32,000 bases of DNA. Source: Longivirga aurantiaca. Its GTDB lineage: Bacteria; Actinomycetota; Actinomycetes; S36-B12; CAIYMF01. The DNA lies in contig NZ_JBHSTI010000008.1 of NCBI RefSeq assembly GCF_042660085.1, positions 90,001 to 122,000 on the forward strand. The letters run 5' to 3'. Each line of letters begins with the position of its first letter. The stretch's first letter is position 1. Below the pieces are notes generated by a model that worked only from the letters and a program-made list of their open reading frames with translations, searched no databases and was not told the origin of the DNA. The translations under genes were made by a program, and so were the position numbers. Shown piece after piece: positions 26,459-32,000 of this stretch.

Positions 26459-27388
26459 GTGCGCCTCGGAGTCCTCGACGTCGGTTCGAACACCGTCCAC
26501 CTCCTGGTGGTGGACGCGCACCACGGTGCTGCCCCGCTGCCGGCGCACTCGCACAAGGTCGAGCTCCGGCTCGCCGAGCTCATCGACCCCGACGAGCGCA
26601 TCACCGACGCAGGCGTCGACCGGCTCGTCGAGTTCGTCCGCTCGGCGCAGGAGGTGGCCGAGGACCTCGGCGTCACCCAGATGCACGCCTTCGCCACCTC
26701 GGCGATCCGCGAGGCGACGAACGGCGAGGACGTCCTGCGACTCGTCCTCGAGCGCACCGGCGTCGACCTGCAGGTGCTGTCCGGTGCCGACGAGGCCCGG
26801 CTCACCTTCCTCGCCGTGCGCCGGTGGTTCGGCTGGTCGTCCGGCCGCCTGCTCGTGCTCGACATCGGCGGCGGCTCGCTCGAGATCGCGCTGGGTTCCG
26901 ACGAGACCCCCGACGTCGCCGTCTCGCTGCCGCTGGGCGCCGGCCGTCTCACCCGGGCCTACCTCGCGCACGACCCCGCCCGGCCCGAGGAGATCAAGGC
27001 CCTGCGCAGGCACACGCGCGCGACGATCGCCGAGGTCACGGGCACGCTCGCCCGCGCCGGCGAGCCGCGCCACGTCGTCGCCACGAGCAAGACCTTCCGG
27101 TCGCTCGCCCGGATCATGGGGTCGGCGCCGTCCAGCGAGGGCCCGTTCGTGCAGCGGCTGCTCGCGCGCGACGACCTGCGCACCTGGGTCCCCAAGCTGG
27201 CGTCGATGACGGCCAGGGAACGCGCCGCACTGCACGGGGTCAGCCCTGGCCGCGCCCCGCAGCTCCTGGCCGGCGCGCTGGTCGCGGAGTCGGCGATGGA
27301 CCTCCTCGGGCTCGATGCGCTCGAGATCGGTCCGTGGGCCCTGCGCGAGGGCATCATCCTCGAGCTGCTCGACGGGCTCGACCGGTGA
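26459..27388 (+). CDS. Ppx/GppA family phosphatase (exopolyphosphatase)
   Basis: [66 protein letters not shown]. Confidence 0.95.
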   Translation: MRLGVLDVGSNTVHLLVVDAHHGAAPLPAHSHKVELRLAELIDPDERITDAGVDRLVEFVRSAQEVAEDLGVTQMHAFATSAIREATNGEDVLRLVLERTGVDLQVLSGADEARLTFLAVRRWFGWSSGRLLVLDIGGGSLEIALGSDETPDVAVSLPLGAGRLTRAYLAHDPARPEEIKALRRHTRATIAEVTGTLARAGEPRHVVATSKTFRSLARIMGSAPSSEGPFVQRLLARDDLRTWVPKLASMTARERAALHGVSPGRAPQLLAGALVAESAMDLLGLDALEIGPWALREGIILELLDGLDR

Positions 27389-27476
27389 CGCAGCCGTCCG
27401 TCGCACCGTCGTACGTCGACGGCGCCGCCACCGGTGCCGCGACGACGGCGACCGATGGCGCGCAGCGGGCCGCGGG

Positions 27477-29849
27477 ATGACGGCGCCGACCCGCGAGGTG
27501 GTCGACCCCGCTCGCGGGCTCTCCGCGGCAGAGGTCGCGGAGCGCGTGGCGACCGGCCGCGTCAACGCCGTCAAGGACCGCAACGCGCGCAGCCTCGGCG
27601 ACATCGTCCGCGCCAACACGTTCACGTACTTCAACGCGCTCATCGGGTTCTTCTGGGTCCTGATGCTCGTGAGCGCGCCGCTCATCGACTCGCTGTTCGG
27701 CCTCGTGATCGTGGTCAACACCGCGATCGGCATCATCCAGGAGTACCGCGCGGCCCGGACCCTCGCGAAGCTTTCCCTCGTCGGCCTGCAGCAGCCGACC
27801 GTGCGGCGCGACGGCGTCGATGCCGAGATCGCCACGCACGACCTCGTGCTCGACGACGTGATCCTGCTACGCACGGGCGACCAGATGCTCGTCGACTCCG
27901 TGGTTCTGGAGTCCAACGGCCTCGAGCTCGACGAGTCCCTGCTCACCGGCGAGGCCGACCCGGTCGCGAAGGAGATCGGCGACGACGTGCTGTCGGGCTC
28001 GTTCGTCGTCGCGGGCTCCGGGGTGGTGCGTGCGACGCGCGTCGGCCACGACTCCTACGCGTCGAAGATCGCCGACGAGGCGAGCAAGTTCTCGGTCACG
28101 CGGTCCGAGCTGCGCTACTCGATCCAGCGCTTCATCAAGGTCGTGTCCTGGTTCCTGGTGCCCGTCGGGTTCTTCCTCTTCATCTCGCAGTACCGCGCGA
28201 ACGACGGCGACATCCGCGCCTCGATCGCGGGAACGGTGCCCGGCGTCATCACGATGGTGCCCGAGGGCCTGGTGCTGCTGACGAGCGTCGCGATGGCCGT
28301 CTCGGTCATCCGGCTCGCGCAGAAGAAGGCGCTCGTCCAGGACATGCCCGCCGTCGAGGTGCTCGCCCGGGTCGACGTCGTCTGCGTCGACAAGACCGGC
28401 ACGCTCACCGAGCCCGGCATGGCCGTGCAGCAGGTGGTCACGATCGACGACTCGCTGCCCGTCGCCGACGCCCTCGGCGCGCTCGGTGCCAGCGAGCCCG
28501 AGCCCAACCAGACCCTCGTCGCGATCGCGGCGAAGTACCCGGCCACCGAGGGCTGGACGGTCACCGCCACCGTGCCGTTCTCCAGCTCGCGCAAGTGGTC
28601 GTCGGCGACGTTCGGCGACCGCGGAGCCTGGGTGCTCGGCGCCCCCGAGATGCTGCTGCCCGACGGCGACCCGGTACGCACGCAGGCCGACGGCCTCGCC
28701 CAGGGGGGAGCGCGCGTCCTCGTCCTCGCGTCCTCGGCCGGCGAGCCCAGCTCGGACGACGGTGCCGGCGACCTGTCTCCCGCGGCGCTCGTCGTCATCA
28801 ACCAGACGCTGCGCTCGGACGCCGCCGAGACGGTCGCGTACTTCCTCGAGCAGAACGTGAAGATGAAGGTGATCAGCGGCGACAACGCCGTCACCGTCGG
28901 GGCGATCGCCGCGCAGGCCGGCGTCCCGGGCGCCGACACCCCCGTCGACGCCCGCGACCTTCCGGACGACCAGGAGTCGCTCGCCGAGATCCTCGAGACC
29001 CACAGCGTCTTCGGCCGGGTCACGCCGGCGCAGAAGCGCGCGATGGTCGGCGCCCTGCAGAGCCGCGGCCACGTCGTCGCGATGACCGGCGACGGGGTCA
29101 ACGACTGCCTCGCGCTCAAGGACGCCGACCTCGGCATCGCCATGGGCTCCGGTGCCGGCGCAACCCGCGCGGTGGCGCAGATCGTGCTGCTCGACGACCG
29201 CTTCGCCGTCATGCCGTCGGTCGTGGCCGAGGGCCGCCGGGTGCTCGGCAACGTGGAGCGCGTCGCCCAGCTGTTCCTGTCCAAGAGCTTCTACGCGATG
29301 GTCGTCTCGCTCGCGACGATCCTGCTGACGCTGCCGTTCCCGTTCCTCAACAGGCACCTCACCATCGTCACGGCGCTCACCATCGGCGTCCCGGCGTTCT
29401 TCCTGGCGCTGCTCCCGAACACCGAGCGCTTCCGCCCGGGGTTCTTCGGGCGCGTGCTCGTGTTCGCCATCCCGTGCGGCCTCGTGTGCGCGCTGTCGGC
29501 GTACGCCACCTACGGCTACGTCCTCAACGTCAACGACGGCGACGTCGACACCGCGCGCACCGCGGCCGTCACCACCCTGTTCATCGTGGCGTGGTGGATC
29601 CTCATGCAGGTCGCCAAGCCATGGGACGCGATCCGCCTCGGCATCTGCGGCGCGATGCTCATCGGCTTCGTCGGCGTCCTCTACATCCCCTGGCTCTCGA
29701 ACCTTTTCCAGATGTCGTGGGCGCCCGACCACGACGGCCTCGCCGCCCTCGCGATCGGCATCGTCGGAGCCACGATCGTGAGCCTGCTGCACGCCTTCGT
29801 GATCAGGGGTCGGCAGGCTGCGGGTGGAGACCTGGCGCCCGCCGGGTGA
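27477..29849 (+). CDS. HAD-IC family P-type ATPase (CtpE-like)
   Basis: [89 protein letters not shown]-terminal TM segments. Confidence 0.95.
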   Translation: MTAPTREVVDPARGLSAAEVAERVATGRVNAVKDRNARSLGDIVRANTFTYFNALIGFFWVLMLVSAPLIDSLFGLVIVVNTAIGIIQEYRAARTLAKLSLVGLQQPTVRRDGVDAEIATHDLVLDDVILLRTGDQMLVDSVVLESNGLELDESLLTGEADPVAKEIGDDVLSGSFVVAGSGVVRATRVGHDSYASKIADEASKFSVTRSELRYSIQRFIKVVSWFLVPVGFFLFISQYRANDGDIRASIAGTVPGVITMVPEGLVLLTSVAMAVSVIRLAQKKALVQDMPAVEVLARVDVVCVDKTGTLTEPGMAVQQVVTIDDSLPVADALGALGASEPEPNQTLVAIAAKYPATEGWTVTATVPFSSSRKWSSATFGDRGAWVLGAPEMLLPDGDPVRTQADGLAQGGARVLVLASSAGEPSSDDGAGDLSPAALVVINQTLRSDAAETVAYFLEQNVKMKVISGDNAVTVGAIAAQAGVPGADTPVDARDLPDDQESLAEILETHSVFGRVTPAQKRAMVGALQSRGHVVAMTGDGVNDCLALKDADLGIAMGSGAGATRAVAQIVLLDDRFAVMPSVVAEGRRVLGNVERVAQLFLSKSFYAMVVSLATILLTLPFPFLNRHLTIVTALTIGVPAFFLALLPNTERFRPGFFGRVLVFAIPCGLVCALSAYATYGYVLNVNDGDVDTARTAAVTTLFIVAWWILMQVAKPWDAIRLGICGAMLIGFVGVLYIPWLSNLFQMSWAPDHDGLAALAIGIVGATIVSLLHAFVIRGRQAAGGDLAPAG

Positions 29850-29859
29850 GGATGGGCAC

Positions 29860-30702
29860 GTGAGCGCTGCGCAGCCTCGGACCCCCGTGGTCACCCTGTC
29901 GACCGCGTCGACGTACCCCGAGTCGACCGCGGCCGCCTTCGAGATGGCCGCGCGCCTCGGCTACGACGGCCTCGAGGTCATGGTGCTCACCGACGCCGTG
30001 AGCCAGGACGCCAACGCGCTGCTGCGCCTGCGCGACCACTACGGCATCGCGATCACGTCGATCCACGCGCCCTGCCTGCTCGTCAGCCAGCGGGTCTGGG
30101 GCACCGAGCCGTGGCCGAAGCTGCAGCGGGCCCAGGCCGCCGCGGAGCTGCTGGGGGCCGAGACGGTGGTGGTGCACCCGCCGTTCCGCTGGCAGCGCGA
30201 CTACGCGCGCGACTTCGTGGCCGGCATCGAGTCGATGCAGAGCGAGACCGACGTCCGCTTCGCGGTCGAGAACATGTACCCCTGGAAGGCGGCGAGCCGG
30301 GAGTTCATGGCCTACCTGCCCGACTGGGACGTCCGCAACGACGACTACCTGCACACCACGCTCGACCTCTCGCACACCTCGGTGTCGCAGAGCGACGCGC
30401 TGGAGATGGCCGACGACCTCGGCGAGCGTCTCGTGCACCTGCACCTCGCCGACGGCTCGGGCTCGACCCGCGACGAGCACCTCGTGCCCGGGCGCGGCAA
30501 CCAGCCCTGCGGCGAGGTGCTGCGCGGTCTCGCCGAGCGCGGGTTCGACGGCCAGGTGGTCGTCGAGATCAGCACGCGCAAGGCGACGACCCGGGAGCAG
30601 CGCGAGATCGACCTGGCCGAGTCGCTCGCCTTCGCCCGGCACCATCTGTCGGGCGTCGCGGAGGATTTCGTGCCCGCCGTGGCCCGGGAGGTGCTGCCAT
30701 GA
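29860..30702 (+). CDS. Sugar phosphate isomerase/epimerase-like TIM-barrel protein
   Basis: [87 protein letters not shown]. Confidence 0.9.
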   Translation: MSAAQPRTPVVTLSTASTYPESTAAAFEMAARLGYDGLEVMVLTDAVSQDANALLRLRDHYGIAITSIHAPCLLVSQRVWGTEPWPKLQRAQAAAELLGAETVVVHPPFRWQRDYARDFVAGIESMQSETDVRFAVENMYPWKAASREFMAYLPDWDVRNDDYLHTTLDLSHTSVSQSDALEMADDLGERLVHLHLADGSGSTRDEHLVPGRGNQPCGEVLRGLAERGFDGQVVVEISTRKATTREQREIDLAESLAFARHHLSGVAEDFVPAVAREVLP

Positions 30703-31295
30703 GCTCGTCCGACGACGTCTCCAAGATCCTGCTCGACGCTGCTCGCGCCGCGTACGACAAGCGCGGCTACCTCGGCACCACCATCAAGGGGGTGGCCGCC
30801 GCGGCAGGCGTGGCCCCCGATGTCGCGATGCGCTACTACCGCAACCGCGAGCAGCTGTTCGCCGCTGCGATGCGGCTGCCGTTCGACCCGTCGACGTCGA
30901 TCGCGCAGCTGCTCGCGCCCGGGATCGACGGGCTCGGCGAGCGCCTCGTCCGCATCACGCTGCGCATGCTGGACGACCCCGAGACGCGCGACCAGCTCGC
31001 CGAGATGGTGCGCGCGGGCGCGGGCGCCTCGAAGGCCACGGCGTCCCTGCGCGAGTACCTCGAGAGCGCCGTCGTCGACCGTGTCGTCACGGTGCTCGGC
31101 GTCCCGGACGCGCGGATGCGCGTGTCGCTCGCTACGTCGTACCTCCTCGGGATCGCGAGCATGCGCTACGTCCTGAGGATCGAGCCGCTCGCCTCCGCGA
31201 CGGAGGACGAGATCGTCGCCCTCGTCGCGCCGGCCGTGCAGGCGGCGCTCACGACCCCGACCGAGCCGACGAAGGCGCAGTCGTCCGGGCGCTGA
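30699..31295 (+). CDS. TetR/AcrR family transcriptional regulator
   Basis: [49 protein letters not shown]; ATGA overlap with upstream epimerase-like gene. Confidence 0.92.
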   Translation: MSSSDDVSKILLDAARAAYDKRGYLGTTIKGVAAAAGVAPDVAMRYYRNREQLFAAAMRLPFDPSTSIAQLLAPGIDGLGERLVRITLRMLDDPETRDQLAEMVRAGAGASKATASLREYLESAVVDRVVTVLGVPDARMRVSLATSYLLGIASMRYVLRIEPLASATEDEIVALVAPAVQAALTTPTEPTKAQSSGR

Positions 31296-31385
31296 CCCGT
31301 GCGACGCGTGGCGGCCGCGTGGCGCGTGCGGCAAGGTGGGCCTGTGGCCACGAGGCCAGCGCATCCGATGCCTGAGGGGTACGTC

Positions 31386-31889
31386 GTGAACAAGGGAATG
31401 CTCGCTGTCCTGAACGAGTCCGAGCGTCTGCTGGTCCTCGAGACCGAGAAGGCCGAGCTCGCGAAGCTCGACGAGGACGGCCTCGTCGCGCTGCACGACC
31501 GCATCCGTCGCGCCCGCAACAAGTACACGGGCCAGTACCGCCGCGGCGGCGCGAGCAAGGTGCCCGCCAAGGGCGGTCGCGGCAAGGCCAGCCAGCAGAA
31601 CTCCGCCGCCCGGGCCAAGGCCGAGGCCTTCGAGGTCGCCCTCGCGAACGTGAGCACGGCGCTCGCCGCCGCAGCGCGCCGTACCGCGGCCGAGCTCAAG
31701 GCGGAGCGGATCGCGGCAGCCCGCGGTGAGGGCGCCCCCGCGGTCGCCAAGGCTCCGGCGACCGGGCGCAAGGCAGCAGCGAGCCCCGCGACGAAGCGCA
31801 CCCGCAGCGACTCCTCGGCAGTTGCGAAGAAGAACGCCTCGACCCTCGCGGCCGGCGCGCGTCGTCAGGCCAAGCGCGACAGCCGCTGA
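31386..31889 (+). CDS. Lys/Ala/Arg-rich basic protein with histone-like C-terminal tail
   Basis: 167 aa; MNKGMLAVLNESERLLVLETEKAELAKLDEDGLVALHDRIRRARNKYTGQYRRGGASK..., tail APATGRKAAASPATKRTRSDSSAVAKKNASTLAAGARRQAKRDSR. Start GTG 31386, alternative ATG 31398. Confidence 0.75.
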   Translation: MNKGMLAVLNESERLLVLETEKAELAKLDEDGLVALHDRIRRARNKYTGQYRRGGASKVPAKGGRGKASQQNSAARAKAEAFEVALANVSTALAAAARRTAAELKAERIAAARGEGAPAVAKAPATGRKAAASPATKRTRSDSSAVAKKNASTLAAGARRQAKRDSR

Positions 31890-32000
31890 CCGCTCACGGC
31901 ATCCAGGCCCCCGGCCGCCGACCGGGGTCGATCACCACGGCGTCGGCCGCCCTGCTCCGAGTAGCCTGACGGAGAGGGCGGCCGACGTCGGTCGCAGGTG

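Noticed and set aside
27315-27839. Upstream extension of the P-type ATPase ORF and small antisense ORFs
   Set aside because: Extension overlaps the 3' end of the Ppx/GppA gene in another frame; ATG at 27477 begins the recognisable protein.

Overview
High-GC actinobacterial chromosomal window, mostly ordinary core genes. The order coaX, lysS, lsr2, clpC, mutY, disA, radA resembles a common actinobacterial backbone. Extra genes are interspersed: methyltransferase, GNAT proteins, glutathione peroxidase, ppc, a spermidine-synthase-like membrane protein, a GT87-type membrane protein, and a cheB-cheR-cheW cluster. Downstream are an AbiEi-like/DUF559-like protein, MmcQ/YjbR, a Cys-rich protein, a Ppx/GppA phosphatase, a CtpE-like P-type ATPase, a TIM-barrel epimerase, a TetR regulator and a Lys/Ala-rich basic protein. 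I see no CRISPR array, rRNA, convincing tRNA, transposase, prophage or clear defence operon. The best lead for something undescribed is a dispersed intergenic palindromic repeat. It occurs in short form near 12.8 kb and 23.5 kb and in long form near 25.2 kb and 26.3 kb. The two long copies show a compensatory C:G to G:C change in an inner stem. Other points worth checking are a 4 x 27 bp in-register tandem repeat that is open on both strands (16.6 kb), a CheB with an apparently degenerate receiver domain in a che cluster lacking cheA, and a solitary Cys-rich protein.
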